Source: Gemmatimonadota bacterium (lineage in GTDB: Bacteria; Gemmatimonadota; Gemmatimonadetes; Gemmatimonadales; GWC2-71-9). Taken from it: 64,000 nucleotides of DNA. Positions within the stretch are counted from its first letter, which is position 1. Each line of letters opens with the position of its first letter. Of the stretch, positions 8,055 to 16,961 are shown in pieces. The DNA lies in NCBI GenBank assembly GCA_016209985.1, contig JACQVB010000152.1, positions 9,539 to 73,538 of the forward strand, written 5' to 3'. A program made the position numbers and the translations under genes. Below the pieces are notes generated by a model. It saw only the letters and a list, made by a program, of their open reading frames with translations, was not told the DNA's origin and searched no databases.

Positions 8055-9428
8055 ATGCGAGCCCGCAACTTCGGTTTCTACGCTCTCGTCAGTGCGGTTC
8101 TCTACGTGCTGGGTGGGTCCAGCGCGCTGGCGCAGGCGCCGTTCCCGATGACTCCGCGCGCCAAAACCGGCGGGAGCTCAAACGTGAAGATGCTCGGACA
8201 TCTCCCGTTGGAAGGCTATTTCTCGCTGGGTGGAGTTGACATCGAGCAGGAAGTGTCGCGGCCCTTCGTCTACGTCTCCGGAATGAACGACAAGGTTGGC
8301 TTCACCGTCGCGAGCGTGGCGGATCCGGCCAACCCTAAAGTCATCTACCACTGGAGCTTTCCCAAAGTCGAGCGAGACTCGGGACTCGGCGGGGAGAACG
8401 GGCGGTACTTCAAGCTCAAGGGACGCTACTACTACGCCAAGACGGTGCAATTCAACGTGAGGAGCCCGAACGACAGTCTCGGCTTGATTCTGTTCGACGT
8501 GACCGGTCTGCCCGATCCCGCCACGGTCAAGGAGGTCGCCCACATCGGGGCCATCGGCGCGCGAGTAGTTCACGTCTTTCCCTACAAGCACTCTGACGGC
8601 CGCCTCCTGTTACTCACCACGCCGACGGTGGGCCCATACGCCCAGATCTACGACGCGGCGAAACTCCTGAGCAGTGGCGCCCAGGCCGCGCTGGTGTCAC
8701 AGGTCCCCATACCGGCCGACGTGAATCTCAAGCAATTCGCCCGCGGGTATCACGACTCGTACGCGGCGTACGATCCGTCGACCAGAATGGACAAGTTCTA
8801 TGGAGCGGGCACCGGTGGCTTTCACGTCTACGACATCTCCCGCCCGGAAGAGCCCAAACACCTGTTTTCGATGGCCGGGGGCGGCGGCGTGATTGCCGGG
8901 GGACACACGATCATTCCCACGCCGGACGGTCGCTACGCCGTCGGCACCACCGAGCGGCAGTTCTGGCCGGTGTTCGTCTGGGACCTGAGCCCCGGTTTGA
9001 GCGGCGAATCGCGGCTGCTGTCGCAACCGGCGGGATCGTGGGTAGCTGATTGGCAGGATGCAGCGCACATCGTCGAAGTCCGCTGGCCCTATGTGTTCGT
9101 GGCGTCATTCGAGGACGGGCTGCAGGTGTTCAACATCGCGAATCCGCGGCAGCCCAAGACGGAAGGCTGGTACTACACCTGCATGTGCGAACACCAGACC
9201 GGATGGAGCGGCTCGGTCACGAGGCCGGGCACCAGCGTCCTGAATGGCGCCGCCGATATCGACATCCGGAACGCCGACGGGCTGGTCGTGATGACCGACT
9301 ATACCAGTGGGCTTTGGTCGTTCCGCCTGGAAGGCTTCAACGGGTGGAACGGCAGGTATTGGCGGATGCCCAACATTTCAGAGGAGCAGGACTGGGACCG
9401 CGGGCCGGCGATCGCGCCGATTCCCTGA
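8055..9428 (+). CDS. Secreted LVIVD-repeat-like beta-propeller protein (paralog 1, most divergent)
   Basis: Signal peptide ...GGSSALAQA. Shares ordered motifs with 29675-31129 and 31248-32669: GGSSNVKMLGHLPLEG, SRPFVYV, RYFKLKGRYYY, LFDVTGLPD, GYHDSYAAYDP, FYGAGTGGFHVYDIS, GHTIIPTPDGRYAV, VRWPYVFVASFEDGLQVFNIANPRQP, DIDIRNADGLVVMTDYTSGLW, GFNGWNG. Confidence 0.7.
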   Translation: MRARNFGFYALVSAVLYVLGGSSALAQAPFPMTPRAKTGGSSNVKMLGHLPLEGYFSLGGVDIEQEVSRPFVYVSGMNDKVGFTVASVADPANPKVIYHWSFPKVERDSGLGGENGRYFKLKGRYYYAKTVQFNVRSPNDSLGLILFDVTGLPDPATVKEVAHIGAIGARVVHVFPYKHSDGRLLLLTTPTVGPYAQIYDAAKLLSSGAQAALVSQVPIPADVNLKQFARGYHDSYAAYDPSTRMDKFYGAGTGGFHVYDISRPEEPKHLFSMAGGGGVIAGGHTIIPTPDGRYAVGTTERQFWPVFVWDLSPGLSGESRLLSQPAGSWVADWQDAAHIVEVRWPYVFVASFEDGLQVFNIANPRQPKTEGWYYTCMCEHQTGWSGSVTRPGTSVLNGAADIDIRNADGLVVMTDYTSGLWSFRLEGFNGWNGRYWRMPNISEEQDWDRGPAIAPIP

Positions 9429-9462
9429 GTGGCGTATCCTGAGCGATGCGCCCTCGACCGGC

Positions 9463-9651
9463 TCAGTCGCCCAGTCCGAGGACTATCCAGAGCTTCCGGC
9501 GGTATCTCTGGAGGTCGTTCTCGTCTTCGTCCTGATTTTGGTTGGCGCTCGCCGGCTCTTCAGTAACCGTCCCCACGCCCGGTGCCGGTATCCCCGGCTC
9601 CGGTTCGCGGCGCCCCCGGCGAATCCGAGGATCTTTCGGAACCCACGACAT
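9463..9651 (-). CDS. Possible small hypothetical protein (62 aa)
   Basis: ATG at 9651 preceded by GGAGGG. Sequence MSWVPKDPRIRRGRREPEPG...NQDEDENDLQRYRRKLWIVLGLGD. Moderately GC3-rich. No homology recognised, and it could be spurious. Confidence 0.3.
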   Translation of the reverse strand: MSWVPKDPRIRRGRREPEPGIPAPGVGTVTEEPASANQNQDEDENDLQRYRRKLWIVLGLGD

Positions 9652-9824
9652 GCGCCCTCCTGTCCCATGCCGTCCCAAACGTACCGCTGGAGGGGTGAGC
9701 GTTTCGTGAGCTTCTCTTGAAGGACCGTTTCCGGCTGGAACCGTGCGGCGGCCCGTCCGATTGCGGGACCGGCGGGGCGGCCGATACCTTGAGCCTTCCC
9801 CTGAGAGACGGAGCTTTCGACTGC

Positions 9825-12497
9825 ATGCGTCAGATTCGTGCGCTGTATTGCGTCCTGGTGGTCGGGCTGGTCGGGTCGCCGGTGATGGCTCAGGGCCCGC
9901 CGCCGGGCCTTCGCCCGGCCAGGGGCTCCGAAGCGGCTCTAGACAAGAGCTCCCTGATTTCGGCTCTCGTGGGTTCTGCCCCGCACATCGATGGCGAGCT
10001 GAACGATTCCGCCTGGATGCACGTCCCCCCGATCTCCGACTTCGTGCAGAAAGAGCCGGATGAGGGTGGTGCTCCCAGCGAGCGCACCGAAGTCCGCCTC
10101 GTCTACGGCGATGACGCGCTTTACGTCGCGGCCCGGATGTATCACCGGAATCCGGCGGCGATCCGGCGCGCCGTGACCCGACGTGAGGGTGATAGCGACG
10201 CCGAAGTTCTGGACGTCTCTCTCGAAACCTACCTCGACCGGCGCACCGCCTACAGTTTTGCGCTCTCCTCGGGTGGCGTCCGGAAGGACTACTACCACGC
10301 GCAGGATTCCGAGGACGGTGCAGAGCTGACCTTCGATCCGGTATGGCAAGGGCGCAGTCGGGTAGACTCGCTGGGGTGGACGGCCGAGATGCGGATTCCA
10401 TTCTCGCAACTGCGGTTCACCGCCAAGCCGGAACAGGTCTGGGGTCTCCAGATCAAACGGGCGGTGCCGGACAAACATGAGACGGATTACTGGGTGTTGA
10501 TTCCGCGGGCGGCCACCGGATTCCCCTCTCATTTTGGTTTGCTGCGAGGGATCTCCGGCATCCGGCCAGCGCGGCGGCTCGAACTGCTGCCCTACACGGC
10601 GGGTGAAATGACCCTCCGGGCAAACCCGGATCCCGCCGACCCGTTTAACAGCAAGACCGGCGGGCGGGCGGGCGCCGACCTGAAGATGGGATTGGGCCCC
10701 AACCTCACGCTCGACGCGACGGTCAACCCCGATTTCGGTCAGGTGGAGGCCGACCCGGCCGAAGTGAACCTTACCGCCTTCGAGACGGTGTTCGACGAGC
10801 GCCGCCCGTTCTTCATCGAGGGCAACGAGCTGCTACGAGGTCGAGGACTCAATTTCCTGGGTCGCCCGACCTATTTCTACTCGCGCCGCATCGGGGCACC
10901 ACCGCACGTGGGCGCCGCCGGGGACTTCGTTCGCAGTCCCCTCAACACCACAATCGTCGGCGCCACCAAGGTGACCGGACGTCTCGCGTCGGGCCTCTCG
11001 GTCGGCGCCATGGGAGCGGTGACCCCGCGCGAGTGGGCCCGCACCTACTCGGTGACCTCCGGCGCTTTTGCCGACGTGCCGGTCGAGCCGCCGGCTGGCT
11101 TCGGCGTCATCCGGCTCCAACAGGAAGTCGGCCGTGAGAAGTCGACCCTCGGCTGGACGGTGACCGACGTGACCCGCTCGCTCAGCGGACCGGGAAGCCT
11201 GAATACGCTACTCGCGCGCCAGGCGAACACCGCGGGGACCGATTGGCGATTCCGGTTCAAGCAGGGGATGTACGAGTTCACCGGATACGCGGGCTACAGT
11301 CATATTGCGGGCGACGCCCCGGCCATCGCGCGGCTCCAGCGCACCAGCGCCCATTACTTCCAGCGACCCGACCAGACGCACGTTTCCTACGACCCGCAGC
11401 GCACCTCCCTGAGCGGCTATACCGCCGGCATCCGGGGTGACAAGAACGCGGGCCGCTGGACGGTTTGGGGCATTACGCTGAACACCCGCACGCCGGGTTT
11501 CGAGCTCAACGACCTGGGCCAGCTCCGCCGGGGAGATGAGATCGGCTTCAGCGGCGACTTCCAGCTGCGGGACACCAAGCCACACAAGAAGCTTCGCTAT
11601 TGGCAGGTCGGTCACAATTGGGGGACCAACTGGAATTACGGCGGCACGCGGTTGGCCTGGAGATTCAGTCAGAACATCCAGCTGACTTTTCCGAATTTCT
11701 GGCGGTTTTCCTACCGCACGAGCCTGACCACCCGAGGGCTTTCGGATGAGCTCACCCGTGGTGGACCGCTCATGCAGACGGCCAAGGGTTGGAGCGGGCA
11801 GGCGTCGCTGCAGAACCAGAACCAGGCAACCTACTACTGGACCGGCACGTTTAACTGGGGAGTCGACGAGCTGGACGGCTGGAATTGGCAGCTCAGCGCC
11901 GGATTGACTCTCCGGCCCGCGCCACGGTGGCAGGCAACGATCAGTCCCCGATACATCCGTTCGGTCGACGCACGGCAGTATGTCGCCACTCGCACCGGCG
12001 GATCCGCCGCCACGTTCGGGAGTCGTTACATCTTCTCGTATATCGAGCGGAGCACGATCGCTGCGTCGCTCCGATTGAACTACGCCTTCACTCCTGATCT
12101 CACGCTGGAGGCATACGCCGAGCCTTTCGCGGCCAGCGGGCGGTTCTACGATTTTGGTGAGCTGAGCGCGCCGCGGAGCCGCGTGCTCCGCACCTACGGC
12201 CAGGCGGCCGGCACCACGATCACGCGCCAGCCCGACCGGTCGTACGTGGTAACCGACGGCGCCGGCACGCTCACCATCGCCAATCTTGACTTCGATCAGC
12301 TTTCGTTCCGGTCCAACTTCGTGCTGCGGTGGGAATGGGCTCGCGGAAGCACGCTGTTCTTCATCTGGCAGCGGAACCTGCGCTCGTCGACGGCGCTGGG
12401 GGAACTGGTGCGGCCCGGCTCTCTGTGGGACGCAACGACTGCGGCGGGTGACAACTTCGTCGCCGTCAAGCTGACGTACTGGATTGCAGCGAAATAG
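9825..12497 (+). CDS. CBM9-like / DUF5916 domain protein (paralog 1)
   Basis: Signal peptide MRQIRALYCVLVVGLVGSPVMAQ. N-terminal IDGELNDSAWMHVPPISDFVQKEPDEG (CBM9/DOMON-like). Central NPDFGQVEADPAEVNLTAFETVFDERRPFFIEG, typical of DUF5916. Colinear with 56162-58828. The track ORF starts at 9717. Confidence 0.75.
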   Translation: MRQIRALYCVLVVGLVGSPVMAQGPPPGLRPARGSEAALDKSSLISALVGSAPHIDGELNDSAWMHVPPISDFVQKEPDEGGAPSERTEVRLVYGDDALYVAARMYHRNPAAIRRAVTRREGDSDAEVLDVSLETYLDRRTAYSFALSSGGVRKDYYHAQDSEDGAELTFDPVWQGRSRVDSLGWTAEMRIPFSQLRFTAKPEQVWGLQIKRAVPDKHETDYWVLIPRAATGFPSHFGLLRGISGIRPARRLELLPYTAGEMTLRANPDPADPFNSKTGGRAGADLKMGLGPNLTLDATVNPDFGQVEADPAEVNLTAFETVFDERRPFFIEGNELLRGRGLNFLGRPTYFYSRRIGAPPHVGAAGDFVRSPLNTTIVGATKVTGRLASGLSVGAMGAVTPREWARTYSVTSGAFADVPVEPPAGFGVIRLQQEVGREKSTLGWTVTDVTRSLSGPGSLNTLLARQANTAGTDWRFRFKQGMYEFTGYAGYSHIAGDAPAIARLQRTSAHYFQRPDQTHVSYDPQRTSLSGYTAGIRGDKNAGRWTVWGITLNTRTPGFELNDLGQLRRGDEIGFSGDFQLRDTKPHKKLRYWQVGHNWGTNWNYGGTRLAWRFSQNIQLTFPNFWRFSYRTSLTTRGLSDELTRGGPLMQTAKGWSGQASLQNQNQATYYWTGTFNWGVDELDGWNWQLSAGLTLRPAPRWQATISPRYIRSVDARQYVATRTGGSAATFGSRYIFSYIERSTIAASLRLNYAFTPDLTLEAYAEPFAASGRFYDFGELSAPRSRVLRTYGQAAGTTITRQPDRSYVVTDGAGTLTIANLDFDQLSFRSNFVLRWEWARGSTLFFIWQRNLRSSTALGELVRPGSLWDATTAAGDNFVAVKLTYWIAAK

Positions 12498-12566
12498 GTG
12501 CCAGTGCCAGGTTTCAGGTGCCAGAGTTGGGGGTCCCTGTCACCTGGGACCTGACACCTGACACCT
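12497..12566. repeat. Tandem-heptamer hairpin element (CAGGTGC family)
   Basis: Left arm ggtgccagtgccaggtttcaggtgccag. Right arm cacctgggacctgacacctgacacc. Lies between the DUF5916 stop and the kinase start. Confidence 0.75.
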
Positions 12567-12586
12567 TTCGCGTACATTCTTCCCCT

Positions 12587-14218
12587 ATGACGACTCCCCC
12601 TTCGAGCGGAGATCTGGCCGAGGCGCAGATCCACGAACGTCTCGCCAAGGCCCTGGGCGCCCAATATGAAGTCCGCGGCATGCTGGGCCGCGGCGGTTTT
12701 GCCGAGGTGTTTGAGGTCTGGGACAAGTCCCTCGAGCGGCGACTCGCGGTCAAGGTGCTCCGTCCCGATGTGGCCTGGACCTCCGGCATGCTGGCGCGCT
12801 TCAAGCAGGAAGCGAAAGCCGTCGCGCAGCTGGCGCATCCGAACATCCTGCCGATCCATTTCGTCGGTGAAGGCGAGGGCATCATCTACTACGCGATGCC
12901 CTACATCGAGGGCAAGTCCCTCGGCGATGTGCTTCGCACCGAGGGTCGCCTCACACCGGATCGCGCGCTCGCCATCGCGCGCTCCATCTTCGACGCCCTG
13001 GAACACGCCCACCAGAAGGGGCTGATTCACCGGGACATCAAGCCCGACAACATCATGATCGACCAGACCTCGGGCCGGCCCATGCTCGTGGATTTCGGGA
13101 TCGCCAAGCGGATGGAAGGTGGGAAGGGACTCACCCAGACCGGATTCGTCGTCGGTACGCCGCACTACATGAGCCCGGAGCAGGCGTTGGGGCAGGGTGA
13201 TCTCGACCCTCGCTCCGACATCTATGCCATGGGGGCGGTGCTGTTCCAGATGGTGACCGGCACCCCGCCGTTCGACGGCGATACGTCGCAGGAAATTGTG
13301 GCCCAGCACATCACCAAGCAGCCGCCGCTCGCCAGCGAGGTGGACGGGCACATCCCGCAGTGGCTTTCGGACGTGATCGTCCGCTGCATGGCAAAACGTC
13401 CGGCGGATCGGTTCGATAGCGCCCTTCATGCGTCGCAGGCGCTGACGGCCGGTCGGAAGTCAGGGCCCCAGCAGCCGGTGAGCGCTGAGCGGGTGGCACG
13501 CGCCGTGGACGACGAGCGCACCGCGGTGATACCGACGGCGGAGCGGCGGGCCTCGCGGCCGGTGGAGAAACCCTATGTTCCGCCCGATGCCTCGGGTGCC
13601 GCTCCGGCAAGGCGTTCGAAACTGCCGGCCGTGTTGGCCCTGATCGCCCTGCTCGCGCTGGCCGGCGCCGGGGCGTTCTTCTATCTGAATCGTGCTTCCG
13701 TGCTGGTCGAAAACCGCCTGGTGGAGCCGATCCAGCTAACCGCCGGCAGCGAGCGTCACACCATCGATGCGGGAGGCCAATTGACGTTCCCGCTCAAGGC
13801 CGGTGTTGGAGAGGTGAGATGGGTGCTGATCCGTCCCACCACGCCTCAGGGAATCGCCATGGGGCGGGAGATTGGCGGGACCCTGCCGACTGCGGGCCAG
13901 CGGGGCACGAGCCGGCTTACGGTGGACGGGATGTCGGTAGAGCCTCCCGCCTTTGCACCGCTCATCACCAATGAGACGAAGGGCTCGCTCGCCATCACGG
14001 TGAATGCCGGGTTGAGCGGGGCGACGTCATGCAACTGCTGGATACCCGCGGGGGCGACGCGCGCGCGGATCGGCTATTACCCGCTCTACCAGAACAGCAC
14101 GGTGCGCGCGGAGGACCAGTCGGGACGCGCGGCCGGCTTCGGCGATCTGGGCCCGGATGTGGACCAGACTACGGGATCGGTCGGGCTTCGATTTCAGGAG
14201 AAGGACTTCCGGAAGTAA
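12587..14218 (+). CDS. Serine/threonine protein kinase with single TM and unknown extracytoplasmic domain
   Basis: Hanks kinase motifs GRGGFAEV, AVKVL, HRDIKPDNIM, DFGIAK, GTPHYMSPEQ. TM LPAVLALIALLALAGAGAFFYL. About 190-aa C-terminal domain not recognised. Start taken at the ATG at 12587. Confidence 0.88.
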   Translation: MTTPPSSGDLAEAQIHERLAKALGAQYEVRGMLGRGGFAEVFEVWDKSLERRLAVKVLRPDVAWTSGMLARFKQEAKAVAQLAHPNILPIHFVGEGEGIIYYAMPYIEGKSLGDVLRTEGRLTPDRALAIARSIFDALEHAHQKGLIHRDIKPDNIMIDQTSGRPMLVDFGIAKRMEGGKGLTQTGFVVGTPHYMSPEQALGQGDLDPRSDIYAMGAVLFQMVTGTPPFDGDTSQEIVAQHITKQPPLASEVDGHIPQWLSDVIVRCMAKRPADRFDSALHASQALTAGRKSGPQQPVSAERVARAVDDERTAVIPTAERRASRPVEKPYVPPDASGAAPARRSKLPAVLALIALLALAGAGAFFYLNRASVLVENRLVEPIQLTAGSERHTIDAGGQLTFPLKAGVGEVRWVLIRPTTPQGIAMGREIGGTLPTAGQRGTSRLTVDGMSVEPPAFAPLITNETKGSLAITVNAGLSGATSCNCWIPAGATRARIGYYPLYQNSTVRAEDQSGRAAGFGDLGPDVDQTTGSVGLRFQEKDFRK

Positions 14219-14308
14219 GAAGTGAGAAGTGAGAAGTAAGAAGGAAGTGAGAAGTAAGAAGTAAGAAGGAGCTCGTCCTTCTCACTTCTCACTTCTCACT
14301 TCACTTCG
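14212..14308. repeat. Tandem-heptamer hairpin element (GAGAAGT family), full palindrome with unequal arms
   Basis: Left arm of about 8 units (gaagtaa gaagtga gaagtga gaagtaa gaaggaa gtgagaa gtaagaa gtaagaa gga). Loop gctcg. Right arm of about 5 units (tccttct cacttct cacttct cacttca cttc). Contains the stop codons of both convergent genes. Confidence 0.9.
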
Positions 14309-16425
14309 ACGATCTCCACTTTCTCGATCGTCGCCCCCTCCAGCACCGCGTCTACCACCTCCATCCCTTTGGCGACTTCCCCGATGATGGTGTAGTTGTG
14401 GTCCAGTCGGGGATTGTCGACCAGGTTCACGAAGATCTGTCCGTCACCGGTATCGCGTCCGCGGGTGGAAATCCCGACGGTTCCGCGCACATGGGCCTCG
14501 GCTGTGAGCTCGTCGCGCGTGAACGGCCCGTCGCCCCAGTACTCATTCGCTCCGGGGCTGCCGCCCTGGATTACGAAGTTGGGAACCACCCGATGGAACG
14601 TGAGGCCATCGAAGTATCCTGACCTGACCAGCCGGGCGAACCGCTCGACGTTGGTGGGTGCATCGAAGGGCCGCAGCGTCATCTCGAAGGACGCCCCGCC
14701 CCGCATGTGGAACACGGCGCGGGAGCGGGCGAGCTGGGCAATGCTGGCGAGCGCCGGCAGTGACGAATAGGGAAGGGCGTTCGGCGCTGCTTCCTGCGGG
14801 GTCCCGGTCCATTGGGAGAGCATGCGGGCGGTCTCGGTCGCGATCGCCGGGTCCCAATCGTAAAGGTAGACCTGGATCTGGGTACCCTGCTCCGGACCCC
14901 CGAGACTCCCGATCGTCCGAAGCAACGCCATCCGCGCGTCGCGCGAGGTCTCGCGGTTTTCCCCCGTGACCCGCAGCAGGGCCGCATTGAGCGCCGCCAG
15001 GGCCGGCGCCGGGTTCGACGTGCTGTCGAGCGCCCGGGCGGCGGTGATCTGTAGCTGGTAGTCCTTTCGACTCAACGCGGCGATATAGACCGAGTCGGCG
15101 GCGTGTCCCTCGAGCTGGGAAAGGCCACGAATCGCTGCCTCCCGGACATTGTCATTCGCATCGTAGGCCAGTTGAGTCAGAACGGCGTTCTCCTTCAGGA
15201 CGGTGGCCGCGCGCGCCGCGTAGACCCGCACCCACCATGTGGTGTGACCCACGAACGCCGGGAGGAGCGAGTCCGCGCGATCGGGCGCCACGTGCGCGAG
15301 CGAGACGACCGCGTGTGCGCTCTGGTGCCAGGATGGAGCCGGGTTGGCGCCGCGATCGACGAAAGCTGGTGTCAATAGTTTTGCGAAGGCCACGAGTCGA
15401 TCCACCGCTTGCTGCCGGTACTGGGCGTCGCAACCGCCTCCCAGCAGGTCGATGGCCAGGAGAACGACGTGGGGACTCTTGTCGTTCACCGCCTGGAGGA
15501 TCGGACCGCAACCGCCGGTCGCTTTGAGTCGCTGCCCGTAGACTCGGAGGGCGTCGTAGCGAACTAGCGGCGATTCGTCCCGTAAGGCGTTGGAGACCAG
15601 GCGGGCGCGGTCGGCTGCCGAATCCGGACCGCCGGCCGCCATCATGGCGAGGCGGCGAACCTGCGGATCGGCATCCGTGGCGGCCGACTGCATGATGCCC
15701 GGGTCCAGCATGCCGGTTGCGGTCAACGCACCGACGGCCAACCGGCGGACCCGTGCGACGCTGTCGGCTCGGGCGGGAGCGCCGCGACCGCGGCCGGAGA
15801 AGCGTGCAAGCTCCTTCAAGCGGGTAACCGTCTGAGCTCCCGGAGCCGAGGTTCGGCCCGGCGCCCGATAAAAAGCCTCATAGCCGCGCGCGGCGCCGAG
15901 CACGGCGGCAAGGCTGGTGTCGCTCGAGACCTCCAATAGAGCGGCCTCGATCGACGGCGAGCTCCGGTACGGAAGACGTCCCAGCGCTTCGGCGGTCGCC
16001 CCGCGGACCCGGGGGTCGCGCTCGTTCTTGAGGCGTGCCACCAGAGAATCCCGGGCCGGACCAGGATTCCCGTGCGAAACTGCCTGGGCCAGTGCATTGG
16101 CCGCCTCCGCGCGGACCGTGGCGCTGGAGTCGTGGAGTGCGAATGAGATCAGATCGGTGAGATAGAGAATGCCCCGATCCGACCGCATGCTGTCGCGCTC
16201 CAGCCGGCCCAGCCCGCGCACGGTAAGTCGCCGGATCTCGGGGTCCGGGTAGCGGAGCCCTCCGGCGAGTGGGCCAAGTGCCCGCGCCTGCGCCGGCCGC
16301 GAATCTTCGGCTGAGAGAATGGCCGACCACATGACGGCGTCGCGCGGTTGTATGGGTAATTGCGCGGATGCCGGCGCCGGGCAGAGGACGCCGGCCAGGA
16401 TCACCATTCGAAGTCGAATTGTCAT
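14296..16425 (-). CDS. Exported HEAT-repeat protein fused to a C-terminal cyclophilin-type peptidyl-prolyl isomerase
   Basis: Signal peptide ...APASAQ. About 520 aa of HEAT/ARM-like repeats (D..VR..A..AL). C-terminal FHRVVPNFVIQGGSPG...GTVGISTRGRDTGDGQIFVNL...HNYTIIGEV cyclophilin signature. Confidence 0.85.
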   Translation of the reverse strand: MTIRLRMVILAGVLCPAPASAQLPIQPRDAVMWSAILSAEDSRPAQARALGPLAGGLRYPDPEIRRLTVRGLGRLERDSMRSDRGILYLTDLISFALHDSSATVRAEAANALAQAVSHGNPGPARDSLVARLKNERDPRVRGATAEALGRLPYRSSPSIEAALLEVSSDTSLAAVLGAARGYEAFYRAPGRTSAPGAQTVTRLKELARFSGRGRGAPARADSVARVRRLAVGALTATGMLDPGIMQSAATDADPQVRRLAMMAAGGPDSAADRARLVSNALRDESPLVRYDALRVYGQRLKATGGCGPILQAVNDKSPHVVLLAIDLLGGGCDAQYRQQAVDRLVAFAKLLTPAFVDRGANPAPSWHQSAHAVVSLAHVAPDRADSLLPAFVGHTTWWVRVYAARAATVLKENAVLTQLAYDANDNVREAAIRGLSQLEGHAADSVYIAALSRKDYQLQITAARALDSTSNPAPALAALNAALLRVTGENRETSRDARMALLRTIGSLGGPEQGTQIQVYLYDWDPAIATETARMLSQWTGTPQEAAPNALPYSSLPALASIAQLARSRAVFHMRGGASFEMTLRPFDAPTNVERFARLVRSGYFDGLTFHRVVPNFVIQGGSPGANEYWGDGPFTRDELTAEAHVRGTVGISTRGRDTGDGQIFVNLVDNPRLDHNYTIIGEVAKGMEVVDAVLEGATIEKVEIVEVK

Positions 16426-16485
16426 GCCGGGATTATGCAGGGGCAGGTGGCCGCACGGGAGGCCTCAGGGGGTGAGTTTCCAGGC

Positions 16486-16524
16486 TTGACAAGAACTACT
16501 ACACATGTAATACTACGGTCGTAG
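16486..16524 (+). promoter_or_regulatory. Candidate promoter overlapped by BlaI/MecI-type operator dyads
   Basis: TTGACA (16486-16491), 16-nt spacer, TAATAC (16508-16513). Dyad TACA-CA-TGTA at 16500-16509, matching the TACA/TGTA BlaI/MecI operator core. A second dyad CTACG-GT-CGTAG at 16513-24. About 40 nt upstream of the blaI-like ATG. Confidence 0.55.
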
Positions 16525-16559
16525 ATTTCACCTTCGAAACCAGTTAACGAGGTGGTTGA

Positions 16560-16961
16560 ATGTCCGAGCTCCACCAACTGACGGAACTGCAAATCGCGGT
16601 CATGCGCGTGCTCTGGGACAAAGGAGAAGCCACCGTGGCGGAAATCTGGGAGGCGTTGCGCCCCGAGCGGGGACTCGCGCAGACCACCGTGGCCACGCTG
16701 CTCTCTCGCCTCGAGAAACGGGGCGTGGTCGCGCACAAGAGCCGCGCCCGCCAGTACCTCTATCGCGCCACGGTCACCGAATCCGACGTGCGGCGAGTGA
16801 TGGTTCGTGACCTGACCGAGCGCCTGTTCGATGGTGATGTAGCGGCACTGATGAGTCATCTATTGACCGGGCGCGAGGTGACACCCGGCGATCTGGCACG
16901 CGTAAAGAAACTGGTCGAGGCGAAGGAATCGGGTAAGGAGGTGGGTCGTGCTGAGAAGTGA
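16560..16961 (+). CDS. BlaI/MecI/CopY-family transcriptional repressor
   Basis: LTELQIAVMRVLWDKGEATVAEIWEAL...TTVATLLSRLEKRGVV winged-helix of the penicillinase-repressor family. No C-terminal CxC metal motif. RBS GAGGTGG. Overlaps the following M56 gene. Confidence 0.88.
   Translation: MSELHQLTELQIAVMRVLWDKGEATVAEIWEALRPERGLAQTTVATLLSRLEKRGVVAHKSRARQYLYRATVTESDVRRVMVRDLTERLFDGDVAALMSHLLTGREVTPGDLARVKKLVEAKESGKEVGRAEK

Noticed and set aside
14212-14308. Whether the tandem short-unit arrays could be CRISPR arrays
   Set aside because: The units are 7-8 nt with no intervening unique spacers, the arrays are under 60 nt, and no cas genes are present. They are not CRISPR.
16560-16961. Calling the repressor a copper-sensing CopY because a multicopper oxidase is in the operon
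   Set aside because: The C-terminus (…KLVEAKESGKEVGRAEK) lacks the CxCxxxxCxC metal-binding motif of CopY. An overlapping M56 protease partner argues for the BlaI/MecI proteolytic mechanism. The copper link is kept only as an inference.
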